A DNA stretch of 63,634 nucleotides, the filler included, from Octopus bimaculoides (lineage: Eukaryota): NCBI RefSeq assembly GCF_001194135.2. It is 4 parts of 4 records of this genome, joined end to end, with 100 filler letters (N's around TTAATTAATTAA, not from the genome) between each part and the next. Parts side by side here need not be neighbours in the genome. Positions count along the whole stretch, not along the records: positions 46,563 to 58,830 come from NC_068982.1; positions 58,931 to 63,634 come from NW_026307672.1; 2 more parts are not named here. One strand, written 5' to 3'. Positions within the stretch are counted from its first letter, which is position 1. Each line of letters opens with the position of its first letter. The notes beneath the pieces were generated by a model, which was given only the letters and a program-made list of their open reading frames with translations, searched no databases and was not told the origin of the DNA. Positions 48,810 through 60,783 of this stretch are shown here, piece by piece. The position numbers were made by a program, and so were the translations under genes.

Positions 48810-49008
48810 TTTTTCTCAATAATAGAGGGCCTGAGATTGAGGGAGGAGGTAGTCGATTACATCGACCCCAGAGCTCAACTGGTACTTACTTCATCAATCT
48901 CGAAAGGGATGAAAGACAGTCAGCCACGGTGGAATTTGAACTCAGAATGTAAAGACGGATGAAATGCCGCGAAGCGTTTTGTCCGGCGTGGTGACGATCC
49001 TGCCAGCT
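48810..49008 (-). mobile_element. SINE A
   Basis: Family A blocks. Confidence 0.85.
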
Positions 49009-49432
49009 TTGAAAAACGACTAATAATATGTGCACCTATATTTGCACGCCCTCTTACCAACAGCGACAACACCAATAACAAAACCACTGCTCAGATTCGG
49101 GTAATCAATACGCTATCATTTGAAATAGTATATCAGCTGCAGACTTTACAGGCCGAAATAAATAATCACGATTATTGACCCCGATGAGAAAACGCCATAA
49201 CATCCAAACCAGCATCACACTTGATACAGCTAAAACTACCACTACTACTAGAAATATCTTCCCTCACTCACGACTCCACCACCACCACCACCACCAATCA
49301 CCACCGCTAACAACGACAAAAACACCAGACTGTTGAAGAGAGTCGAGTTGCTTTCTTTGTTTAAAGACGTTGCCGTCTCCACACCACCCGCAGCTGGGGT
49401 GGAGGTGACAGAAAGAGAGAGGGAGAGAGAGG

Positions 49433-49493
<61 letters not shown>

Positions 49494-49588
49494 GGGGAAG
49501 GGGAAGGAAAGAAGGAAGGAAGAGGGGAGGTACAGAGCAAAGAGATTTGATTCCTTCTTTTGTTTACTGAATACCCTTCTGCAAACAG

Positions 49589-49651
49589 GGACTCCGGACG
49601 CTGCGCTGTGGCAGATAAGTCACAGCTGAGGTCACTGCTAGCCTTACCACA
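49589..49651 (+). other. Candidate 63-nt exon (DSGRCAVADKSQLRSLLALP)
   Basis: Pyrimidine tract + AACAG acceptor, GTAAGA donor, locally GC-rich, one open frame. Confidence 0.25.
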
Positions 49652-49887
49652 GTAAGAACCGAGTCCCATAACTATTGCAGCTGTTTTATATACTGCGTTG
49701 TGGCGCCGTTGCCCAACACAACACTTCGACCAAATCTATTTCGCCCATTGTTTAAACCTAATATTTTTCATGTAGTATTTTTTCCTTCTTTCATTTTAAT
49801 AAATGTTCCCTCTGTTTATATACACAAACGCATATTTTGTTTGTTATGCATGCGTCTATTATTTTCTGAATATTACATGAACGTATC

Positions 49888-49920
<33 letters not shown>

Positions 49921-49979
49921 ACACACACACACACACTCATATGTGAAACTAAATATTCCTCTGTATGCGTGTTAGAATT

Positions 49980-50017
<38 letters not shown>

Positions 50018-50237
50018 CGTGTGTGTGTGAGTTTACGCTCGAGCGTGTGTATACGTACAACACTAACTCGTTAGACAATGTTATTACACGCCTCCAAGGT
50101 AGACACCAATGCGAGTGTGCTTGTTCGTGTTTACACAAAGACTTTATACCTGATTAGATATGCATGCATAAATACTCATATACGAATTAATATGCTTGTA
50201 TATTACTTTATACATGTATGTATACGTACATTTATGC

Positions 50238-50268
<31 letters not shown>

Positions 50269-51251
50269 CATACATACTTACANNNNNNNNNNNNNNNNNN
50301 NNNNNNNNNNNNNNNNNNNNNNNNNNNNNNNNNNNNNNNNNNNNNNNNNNNNNNNNNNNNNNNNNNNNNNNNNNNNNNNNNNNNNNNNNNNNNNNNNNNN
50401 NNNNNNNNNNNNNNNNNNNNNNNNNNNNNNNNNNNNNNNNNNNNNNNNNNNNNNNNNNNNNNNNNNNNNNNNNNNNNNNNNNNNNNNNNNNNNNNNNNNN
50501 NNNNNNNNNNNNNNNNNNNNNNNNNNNNNNNNNNNNNNNNNNNNNNNNNNNNNNNNNNNNNNNNNNNNNNNNNNNNNNNNNNNNNNNNNNNNNNNNNNNN
50601 NNNNNNNNNNNNNNNNNNNNNNNNNNNNNNNNNNNNNNNNNNNNNNNNNNNNNNNNNNNNNNNNNNNNNNNNNNNNNNNNNNNNNNNNNNNNNNNNNNNN
50701 NNNNNNNNNNNNNNNNNNNNNNNNNNNNNNNNNNNNNNNNNTATATTTATATGCATTTCAATGGCCTTTGTTTTCTATACTTGGTCTCATATTTGCACCT
50801 GGATAGTCACTCTCCAAGGTGCAGGCCTGGGAAGATTGTATTTTCTTTCTCTTTGTCTTTTTTCTTTCTTGTGGAAGACGTATTGTTGCCCATGATGCAT
50901 GCAAGTTGCACCTCTCCACATCACTAACGCTTTCCAAGTAAGTGAAGACCATTAATTACCTTGGCACCATTACCATCTCAGGCACCGTCGTCAGAAAGCA
51001 AAGAGTAGGAAGACATATTACAAAGCATACCGTGCCACACTCTACCAATTCTACTAATATCCACTCTGTAAGTGTTACTTTGCTTATCGAACCTGAATAA
51101 ATGAGAGATGAATTCGAATCATGCATGGTCTGTAATCAGAGCAGTCAGTCGGAGAAAATATCGGAAGACATTCTTTCCAACGCCTAAATAGCAGGGCTCA
51201 TCACCAGCCTTATGCGTACATACATACATGCATACATACATACATAGAGAC

Positions 51252-51282
<31 letters not shown>

Positions 51283-51297
51283 GAAACTGTGTACAGT

Positions 51298-51570
51298 AGT
51301 GGGAATTAGCTGCCTAGTGGATGTTAATATAAGACTTAAGATCAGTGAAAAAGAAAATACTTACGCTGAAAAATTGCGAAATCTGCAGCTACTCTACCTA
51401 GATTACAAGTTCAAGTTTATACCTGTAATTATTGGGGCACTGCCTAAGTACCAATCTTGAGAATTTAGACTCCTCAAAACAAGAAAGGAGGAAGCTGGTT
51501 CGAAGTCTACAAATCCAGTCATCACTAGAGCTACACAAATTTGTAAAAGTTTCCAGAAGTAAATCATATA
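51298..51570 (+). mobile_element. R4/Dong-like (RLE-endonuclease) LINE C-terminus, decayed
   Basis: GISCLVDVNIRLKISEKENTY..LRNLQLLYLDYKFKFIPVIIGAL..ICKSFQK resembles the end of RLE-type ORFs. Confidence 0.65.
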
Positions 51571-51610
51571 AGTATATATGCGCATGTCTGGACATGGAAC
51601 TATATGCATG

Positions 51611-51698
51611 AGAATGCATACATGAAACAAAGAATGCATACATGAAACAAAGAATGCATACATGAAACAAAGAATGCATACATGAAACAAAGAATGCA
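51611..51698. repeat. 20-bp tandem repeat (AGAATGCATACATGAAACAA) x4.4
   Basis: Direct sequence. Confidence 0.95.
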
Positions 51699-51885
51699 AA
51701 TCTTCAATACACTGACTCCAAATACTGCACATGTATAAACATGCATGCAAAAATATCAGGAAAGCAAAAAATATATATGTATAAATCGAAACAATTTGTT
51801 GGCCTTTTATGGTTTTTATAATTATTTATTTCCTTTTTGGATTTGGTTTGCAAGATTCTTTATGTGAGTTCGTGTGTTGAAGCAT

Positions 51886-52123
51886 ATACTGTTGTGTCTG
51901 GGGAGAATCATTCTCTTTTAGTACCTTATAATTTACACACTCAGCGGTAAAATTTCCACTTTATTTCTTCTTTATTTTTCTAAAATTTTCCTTGTATCTT
52001 GCAACCTTTTTAAGATGCAACGAAAATTTTAGAAAAATAAAGAAATAAGTGTAAATGTTACCGGTGAGCGTGTTAAACTATAAGGCACTAAATGAGAACG
52101 ACACTCCCCAGACACAACAGTAT
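51886..52123. repeat. About 240-bp imperfect palindrome
   Basis: 51886-52000 is the reverse complement of 52012-52123 with an about 11-nt loop. Confidence 0.9.
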
Positions 52124-52423
52124 AATTATTTATGTTATATAATATAATGTCATGTTACATTACATTCATAGTGTTTAATGTAATATTGTAATACAAATAA
52201 ATTATTGGATTGTCAATAGTATATCTCTATATTTAATCTATCTTTATAATTGAATTATACAAATATTTATATGGTATCCAACTGATGTGCTAGTGAATTG
52301 GGTGTTTAACACACCCATTTGAAGGATTTCTTTTCCTCAGTTTGTTACTTTACACACACACACACACATACATATGTATAAATATATATAATATATACAT
52401 AATATATATATGTTATGTATTAT

Positions 52424-52463
<40 letters not shown>

Positions 52464-52519
52464 CAAAGAATATATATGCATGTATACACACATATATGTA
52501 TATACTTACATTTACATGT

Positions 52520-52633
52520 GTATATAGATGCATATCAGGGTACAGGACGTTAGAACAATGAACTACAGACAACGGAATGAACACATAGGAAAACAGAAAG
52601 CCACTTGGAATTATTCATCAGCTGCCTCTATTC
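52520..52633 (+). repeat. Family P repeat fragment
   Basis: Reverse complement of part of 58095-58260. Confidence 0.6.
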
Positions 52634-52775
52634 NNNNNNNNNNNNNNNNNNNNNNNNNNNNNNNNNNNNNNNNNNNNNNNNNNNNNNNNNNNNNNNNNNN
52701 NNNNNNNNNNNNNNNNNNNNNNNNNNNNNNNNNNNNNNNNNNNNNNNNNNNNNNNNNNNNNNNNNNNNNNNNNNN

Positions 52776-52808
<33 letters not shown>

Positions 52809-52816
52809 GTATGTAT

Positions 52817-53846
52817 ATAGTGGTGGTCAGTGGGGGCAAGATCAAATATGAGGGATGATGGAGTACTTCCAGCTCCAATTCCTGTAGTTTCGCCAAAATC
52901 ATTTTTGCGATGTGTGGTTTGGCGTTGTCTTGCAATGAAATAGGAGTGAATTTGTTGACTAATCTAGGCTGTTCTTTTTTGTAAGTTTCTGCATCATTTG
53001 GTCCAGTTGGCTGCAGTATACTTTGGCCGTGATTGATGAGCCAGGCTTAATGAAATCATAATGGATCACACCTGCGCCAGATCACCAAACGCACACCATC
53101 AACTTCTTTTGATGAATTTTGCAGTTTGGCCTGTGTTTTGGCTGCTCGTCTTTGTCCAACCATTGTGCTGAACGTCTATGGTTGTTGTATTGGATTCATT
53201 TCTCATCGCATGTTACAATTCGATTAAAAATTATTCATTTTTGTGACAAGAAAGTAGCAAAATGCAGGTTTCCAAACGTTGCTGATTCTCATTTTCATTG
53301 AGGTCATGTGGAACCCTCTTATCCAACATTTTCACTTTACCGATTTGAACTAGGTGAGTCAATATTGTTGGTTTGCTTACACCAAACAACAACGATAATT
53401 CACGGATACTTTGAGATGGATCCGACTCGACGGTGGCTTTCAGTTCATCATTATCCACCTTTGTTTCTGGTCGACCCCATTGCTCATTTGTGAGGTTAAA
53501 GTTACCAGAACAAAATTTTGCCAACCTATTTGATACTGTCTGCTGTGTAATAACATTAAAATGAAATACTCCATTAATATTCCGAGCTGTATGTGATGCT
53601 GTATTTCGAAGAAAGAACTCATATTTCAAAACTGAAAGAATTTCCGACTTACCCATCTCTAAACAAAAATTGTAAAAAACGATTTGTAAATATTTTATAA
53701 AGCTCAAAAGGGGTTAGAATAAAGAAATAGATGTGTCAGCTTTCTAACAAAAAATAAAGATGGTCAAAATTTAATAATGACGCAAAATGAGTAGCTGTCA
53801 AAATTTACCATATACTTTACTACAAATTTCATACTTGGCGACCTAA
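52817..53846 (-). mobile_element. Mariner element with near-complete decayed transposase (ATG 53656)
   Basis: MGKSEIL..HTH; IVTCDEKWI; QDNAKPH; HPSY..DLAPTD; right terminus ..GGCGACCTAA+TA; left end lost in microsatellite. Confidence 0.9.
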
Positions 53847-53852
53847 TATATA

Positions 53853-53884
<32 letters not shown>

Positions 53885-54145
53885 CATATAAATGACGATT
53901 ATAAAGAGACCACTTCTCAACAGAATTTGCAGCCATTCAACTGTTTTCTAATCATTACTTCTCTTACAAAAGCTACCACCCCCAGAACGTGAGAGTTTTC
54001 TCCAGTTCAGAACACATGAATTTATTTCATTTTATGGATTTCATTCAGCAATGTTTTGCTTATGTTATGGTTTCTTCTATTAAACTTCTTTCCAAACAAT
54101 CAGCTTATCTGGCAAATCCTATACACAAGGACTTCATGACCTATG

Positions 54146-54199
<54 letters not shown>

Positions 54200-54256
54200 A
54201 TCTGTAAAATGTACAATATAAAGGAGGAAAAATGCATTAATACATTCATTCATATA

Positions 54257-55525
54257 CAGGGTGCGATGGGTAAATTGTCGCCATTACGTATTTCGCACTT
54301 GCTCATTGTTTCTTTTTGATTTTGTCAAATACACAGTATAATAGGGTCAGTTGGATACCGTCTGTGAGAAAAACAACACCATGACGCAATTCACTCTGCC
54401 AGAAATTTGTAAACGACATGCTGTACTGCTTGGCATTCGCTCTGGAAGCTCCAAAACGAACCTTCTAGAGTGTTTGGGTGTCAATCTGAGGATAATGCAG
54501 AGGATTCGGAAAGAGTTGGATGAGTCTAATGGTGATTACCAAGGTACGGCAGCTCGAAAAAACTCACTCTGATTGTTCTGATAAGAAAAGAACTCCTGAA
54601 TTTGTTGGTGAGATTTTGGCCATGATTGAAAACGATCCCTCCAAGTCAATCAGGTCCATCGCTAGGGACATGGGAGTGTCTGAGTTTCTTATCAGGCAGG
54701 TAGTGCATGAAGACATTCAGTATTCCTCATACATGATGAGAAAATTTTTTATCCCAAGCCATCAAGGACAGGCGGAAAAACCGCGCTACGGAGCTTTTGA
54801 ACAAACTCAAGCATCCCTTCCAACCGAACAGGCTTTGGTTTTTCTCGGACGAAAGATTTTCTGCCAGAATCAGATGGTGAACACATAGAACAACTGTTGG
54901 GTTGCTGTGTCCCCAAAACATGTACCGAGTGTGATAAAAATCAAACATCTAGTCATCATGATGTTTGGAGTGATCACTAATGACGGCGGCGTTATGCCTC
55001 CATTCATTTTCCACAGAGGCCTACATCAACTGGCTGGAGGAGGTAGTGCTGCCCTGGATCAAGAGGGTGGCTGCTGGAAGACTCTTTGTTTGGCAACAGG
55101 ACTCCGCATCATGCTACACAAGTTGGAGAACCCATTCATGGCTGGCAGATAAATTATGCGATCACATCATCCCTAACATCTAGCCACCTAACTCCCCAGA
55201 CTGCAACCCCTTGATTATTATATGTGGGGCACAATTGAGCGAGAGACCAACAAAACTCCTTATAGCACCAAAGATGAACTGAAGACAAGGATTATGGCAG
55301 CATTCACCAACTTAAACAAAGAGACCATTCAGAAGAGTTGCAGGAGATTCTGAAGTCGTCTGCAGGCCGTGGTTGAAGCCAATGGCGATTTTATTGAATA
55401 AACTTACTATTTAGTATTTCAAGATATTTTAATGTAATTTTGGTAAATATATTTGTTAAAATGAAATGTCAGTGTTACTTTTCATTTTTGCGTAATTTAG
55501 GCGACAGTTTATTCACCGCACTCTG
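54257..55525 (+). mobile_element. Full-length maT-type (DD37D) Tc1/mariner element, pseudogenised
   Basis: TIR CAGGGTGCGATGGGTAAATTGTCGCC / GGCGACAGTTTATTCACCGCACTCTG, TA on both sides; FFSDEK, QQDSA, PPNSPDCNP(L)DYY, VEANGDFIE*. Confidence 0.9.
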
Positions 55526-56954
55526 TACGTGTGTGTATGTACGTGTGTGTAAGTGTGTGTGTGAGTGCGTGTATGTATATATGTATTTATGCGTGTATAT
55601 ATATGTATGTGTATGCGCATATATTCTCTGGAGAAAATGTGCATGTTATATCACTTGGTACTGACTGAAATGAAGAATGACCGAGAACATAGATACCACG
55701 TTTCAGGGTAAACATATCGTGTACTGTTGCAGACATCGTCTAATCTACTTCACTTGCCTTAGGCATGGTGCCAAGTTATGAAACGAAGGTTACTATCTTG
55801 AACGTATCTTCTTGAAACAATTTATTGTGTGTCATTTAGTGCAGAATTTCATAGATCATTGGTGAGCGTGAGAGTAAAGAGGAAAGAATAGCAAAATAGA
55901 GAGGGAGGAATGGATGAAAAGCGAGAGCGTTGAGAGCAGCAAAATTCAAATAATGTAGATTATGCATCTCGGTAGTGTACCAACTCCAATTACTGTTTTC
56001 AATGTTCTTGATGTTTTCAATGTTTCTGTTGGAGTACAATGACAAATCTTTACATCTTTCAATCTTATTAGACCTCCTTGACGAAATATATAGACTTTAG
56101 CAATATTGCTAAACACGTGCACACTCTCATACATGTGTGTGTTTATGTATGTATACGCATATACTATATATATGTATGCATGTTTATGTACACACGCACA
56201 CAGACATGCACACACACATTTATCATGTACGGTTCTATTACTGGTGGGATCGACAAAAATAGTACTCCCAATAAAAGATAAATATCATACGGTGGATTTA
56301 AATTCAAGTTACTAATAGTTTCATGCGGTGAAAACACGATGATCTGACAAGCTTGTACAGTGTTACCAAGCAATCATTCAAGCTCAAATGTACATACAAT
56401 ATGGCTGGTCTTTTTTGAAAAGCAATGAAAAAAAGAAAGGAAGCTGGTTTTGGACTAAAACGAGAAATGGCGCTTGTTTAAAAGAAAAAAACAAAAACAC
56501 GAGAAATAACGAGAGAAAGGTAAAAGTAAAAAGCGGAATGAGAAAAAGAAAAAAGAGTTGCGTCCCTTTGGCCCATTCGAAGCATGACTAATATGGTTGG
56601 CGTACATTCATTCAATGGGGAGAAGATTAAAGTTTGTGAGACTGCGTGCTTAATCTGGAGAGAGTGGTGTTTTCCAGTTCAATAAAAGAAATTTGTCCAG
56701 ATGCTTACATTTAATAAAATTTAATAGGTTAGTAGAGCTCTTAGGGCTAAAATAGATATGAAATCTTTCAGCTAAAAAAAAAAAAGTCTTGGTCTCTTTG
56801 ATGGCGAAGATCGTTCCACGATATTTCATTTGATAATGTGTGGTGTGTTGTTGAATTTCAGATCCCGTAGCTGTCTTCATAACCACGAGTTGGAAAGAAG
56901 ACAAGCGGTTAGCGTAACTTTTCAAAAAACTATCTTCAGCATATACAAATCTAG

Positions 56955-57013
56955 TGCGGTACTCCAGCATGGCCGCAGTCAAATGACTGAAACAAGTAAA
57001 AGAGTAAAAGAGT
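56955..57013 (+). mobile_element. Isolated SINE B / CR1 3' tail
   Basis: GCGGTACTCCAGCATGGCCGCAGTCAAATGACTGAAACAAGTAAAAGAGTAAAAGAG. Confidence 0.85.
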
Positions 57014-57014
57014 A

Positions 57015-57256
57015 AGTAGTTGTTGGTGGCTTTCTACGACTTCACCAGCCCCAATTTCTCGCCTCCTAATTTCCCTGATTGTAATCCCATGGAATACTAT
57101 GTGCAGTGCACAGTTTGGAAAGAAATCAACCACTCTGCCTACAATACCCAGGGTGAACTGGTGGCCAAGATCAAGGACGTGTTGGAAGATCTTTCCAGGA
57201 CACAGCGAGGAATGCAAGCGCCAGTGGTGGAAGCTGAGGGCGGTTATTTGGAGTAA
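57015..57256 (+). mobile_element. maT-type transposase C-terminal fragment (second family)
   Basis: PPNFPDCNPMEYYV..VVEAEGGYLE*. Confidence 0.75.
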
Positions 57257-58074
57257 ACTGTTATTTCCCAGCCATAATAATAGTTGATATATCCGTATTT
57301 TTGGAAATACTTCATTTTTGGATGAGATATTGCGTTTTCTTTTGCTTTTATACAAACTATGAAATTTAGTCCGAACATTTTGTATGTAATGAACTTCATT
57401 TGCTTATAGCTGTTTCTGCTATAAGTTGCAATACAGTCATCGTAGACTGACTGTGGTATCACCTCATAGCTTCGTCGGAGTTTTAAATGGAAGTGCAATT
57501 TAATGTGGTAAAGAATTTATATCCATGGAAAACGTCACCAAAATGTAAGATCAAGTTTGAAGGGAAAGACCACTCCTGGAAATATGTAGTCTTAGATAAA
57601 TTCGTGTATATATATATGTGTACTGGTGGACATACTATCTATCTATCTATTTATCTATCTATCTTTCTTCTTACCTATCTCCCCGTCCCGTTCTGTTTCC
57701 TTCTGTTGTTCTTGCTTCTCCCCTTCACTGCTACACATATCTCTCTCTTACTCTTCCTCCCTGTCTCTCGTCTCTCACCTTCGTTCCACTTCCTCCCTTT
57801 TCCTCCCTCCACCACTCCTCTTTGCTCACATGTGACCCGCGGTCACTTCTTCCTTTCTCACCCCAGCTGGCATAAAGGCAAAACGAAACTACTATTTCTC
57901 CGTCCAGCTTCGTCATATCACAAGCGTTCAATATCTCATCGCGTTTGGCCCTACGGCCTTTTAATGTTGTTTTCACTGTCTAATTTTTCCTGTCTTGGTT
58001 TGTGTTTGCTACCTTGGAAGTCTCTGTTTAGTGAGTTAATCCACTACTCAGGAAGAACTATTCTAAGAGTGCGT

Positions 58075-58260
58075 CCTACCTTATCTTCGAAACGCCTAGT
58101 TTAGAATAGAGGCAGCTGATGAAGGAATAATTCCATAAGTGGCTCGTCTGTATTCCTATGTGTTCGTTCTGTTGTCTTTAAACAAAGTCCGTTTTGGTTT
58201 TTTATGTCCCCGTTCACTTTTCTGACGTCCTGTACCCGGATATGCATTTATATATACATG
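58075..58260 (-). repeat. Family P repeat
   Basis: CTTCGAAACGC..CTGATGAAGG..GACGTCCTGTACCC. Confidence 0.6.
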
Positions 58261-58317
58261 TAGATGTAGGTATGTACATATATGTATGTATACATGCATA
58301 TGCTCATATATCATTTG

Positions 58318-58357
<40 letters not shown>

Positions 58358-58365
58358 ACATATAC

Positions 58366-58422
<57 letters not shown>

Positions 58423-58454
58423 TCTCATACACACACACAAACACACACATATAC

Positions 58455-58790
58455 AAATAAACACACGCGTTGCTGTGTAGTAAGAAGCTTGCTCTTCAAC
58501 CACACGGGGCCGACCAAAACCTTAGTAGATGGAAACCGACCGAAAAGAGCCCGTCGCATATAGTTATATATCTATCTATGTATGTGTCGTTGTGTCTATG
58601 TTTGTCCCACCGCTTGTCAACCTGTGTTGGTGTGTTTAAGTCCCCGTAACTTAGCGGGCAGGCAAAAATGACCGGTAGAATATGTACCAGCCTTAACTAA
58701 AATAAGTACCGGGGTCGATTCGTTCGACTAAAAATTCTGTGTGGCCGCAGTCTAATGATTGAAACGAGTAAAAGATAATAAAAGATATAT
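58455..58790 (+). mobile_element. SINE B, diverged
   Basis: GCTGTGTAGTAAGAAGCTTGC..GGCCGACCAAAA..TGTTTGTCCC..GTGGCCGCAG. Confidence 0.8.
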
Positions 58791-58791
58791 A

Positions 58792-58830
<39 letters not shown>

Positions 58831-59015
58831 NNNNNNNNNNNNNNNNNNNNNNNNNNNNNNNNNNNNNNNNNNNNTTAATTAATTAANNNNNNNNNNNNNN
58901 NNNNNNNNNNNNNNNNNNNNNNNNNNNNNNATATACACATATGTATATATATAGATTTAATGCATAACTGTAAAGTGACGATATAAACAAACTTTGAAAT
59001 CAATGTGTATATATG

Positions 59016-59060
<45 letters not shown>

Positions 59061-59199
59061 CTGTGTGCGTGTGTATAGATATATACATACATACATACAT
59101 ACATACATACATACGAGTGTATATAAAGATAGTGTTGTTTATGTATATTTATATATATATATAATATATATACATACGCATATATTACATAGACACGTA

Positions 59200-59275
59200 T
59201 ATTATATATACATATACATATATATAAATGTATATATATGTATGTTTGTATGTATATACATGAAACGACAAGGTG

Positions 59276-59334
<59 letters not shown>

Positions 59335-59420
59335 ATAATTGTATATATATATACGTATGTTTGTATATAAATGTATATATATACGTATGTTTGTACGTAT
59401 ATACATGAAACGACAAGGTG

Positions 59421-59464
<44 letters not shown>

Positions 59465-59476
59465 NNNNNNNNNNAT

Positions 59477-59510
<34 letters not shown>

Positions 59511-59619
59511 ATATATATACGTATGTTTGTATGTATATACATATAACAAGCTGTATGTATATGTATATATATAAATATAAATACGTATGTTTGTATGTAT
59601 ATACATATAACAAGCTGTA

Positions 59620-59671
<52 letters not shown>

Positions 59672-59720
59672 AATATAAATACGTATGTTTGTATGTATAT
59701 ACATGAAACGACAAGGTGTA
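59200..59720. repeat. Higher-order repeat built on TA/TG microsatellite
   Basis: TACATGAAACGACAAGGTGTAT three times (about 59256, 59402, 59700); CATATAACAAGCTGTATGTAT twice. Confidence 0.85.
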
Positions 59721-60046
59721 TATATATATATATATATATATATANNNNNNNNNNNNNNNNNNNNNNNNNNNNNNNNNNNNNNNNNNNNNNNNNNNNNNNN
59801 NNNNNNNNNNNNNNNNNNNNNNNNNNNNNNNNNNNNNNNNNNNNNNNNNNNNNNNNNNNNNNNNNNNNNNNNNNNNNNNNNNNNNNNNNNNNNNNNNNNN
59901 NNNNNNNNNNNNNNNNNNNNNNNNNNNNNNNNNNNNNNNNNNNNNNNNNNNNNNNNNNNNNNNNNNNNNNNNNNNNNNNNNNNNNNNNNNNNNNNNNNNN
60001 NNNNNNNNNNNNNNNNNNNNNNNNNNNNNNNNNNNNNNNNNNNNNN

Positions 60047-60077
<31 letters not shown>

Positions 60078-60124
60078 TTATATATGCATGCATGTATGTA
60101 TAAAGAGTGTTTATAACGGCTTAC

Positions 60125-60181
60125 CTTTCGATGTGTTGGCGTTTTGCCCGGAGTAGCTGCCGATGTAATATTATCCAACAT
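60125..60181 (-). CDS. Candidate first coding exon, MLDNITSAATPGKTPTHRK (phase-0 donor); product unknown
   Basis: AAAATG start, AAG/GTAAGC donor, about 570 bp downstream of a TATA+Inr; no homolog recognised. Confidence 0.4.
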
Positions 60182-60746
60182 TTTCGAATCAATCTTTGTA
60201 ATTAATCACAAATCAATACTTGAAAGAACTCAATACGTGTGTCCACAATATATATATGTATATATATATATATATATATATCGGTATCAGTATATATATG
60301 TGTGTAAATATATGTATTTATATATACATAAAGATGTATATATATTAGATGTTTTGACGCGGTTGTTTATCGGAATGAAATTTACGACGCTATACGTCAA
60401 TGTTGCATAGTAAGAGAATTAAGTCCTGTTCGTCTCCGTTGTGTTATTGTCTTAGAATTACCCTCCTTGGGCCGCCTTTAAACGGGAAATCGATATTTAA
60501 AAGAATATATATATATGTCCACAATATATATACATTTGTATATATATATATATATATATATCGGTCTGGATATATATATATATATGTGTGTATTTATTTA
60601 TATATACATAAGAATGTATGTATATATGTGCAGTCTTTTCGCAGGGTGTTTATCGGAATTTAAAGTATACGACGCTATAAGTTACTATATACGTTGGTTA
60701 GTGACAGCATTGAAGCCGCTTCCTCTCCGCGCAGTGGATTGTAGTA

Positions 60747-60783
60747 GAATGACCCAATTCGTGCCTCCCGGGTCGGCTTTATA
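60747..60783 (-). promoter_or_regulatory. Candidate TATA box + initiator (TSS about 60750)
   Basis: TATAAA at 60783-60778 and TCATTC at 60752-60747, 33 nt from the first T to the +1 A, inside a CpG-rich island (60690-61047). Confidence 0.45.

Noticed and set aside
50878-51067. Two exon-like segments (50878-50937 and 50982-51067) with GTAAGT donors
   Set aside because: Separated by only 44 nt, no recognisable peptide; cannot both be real and neither is supported
51611-51698. Regularly spaced repeats as a CRISPR array (also 59200-59720)
   Set aside because: Tandem units without unique spacers; eukaryotic context; no cas genes
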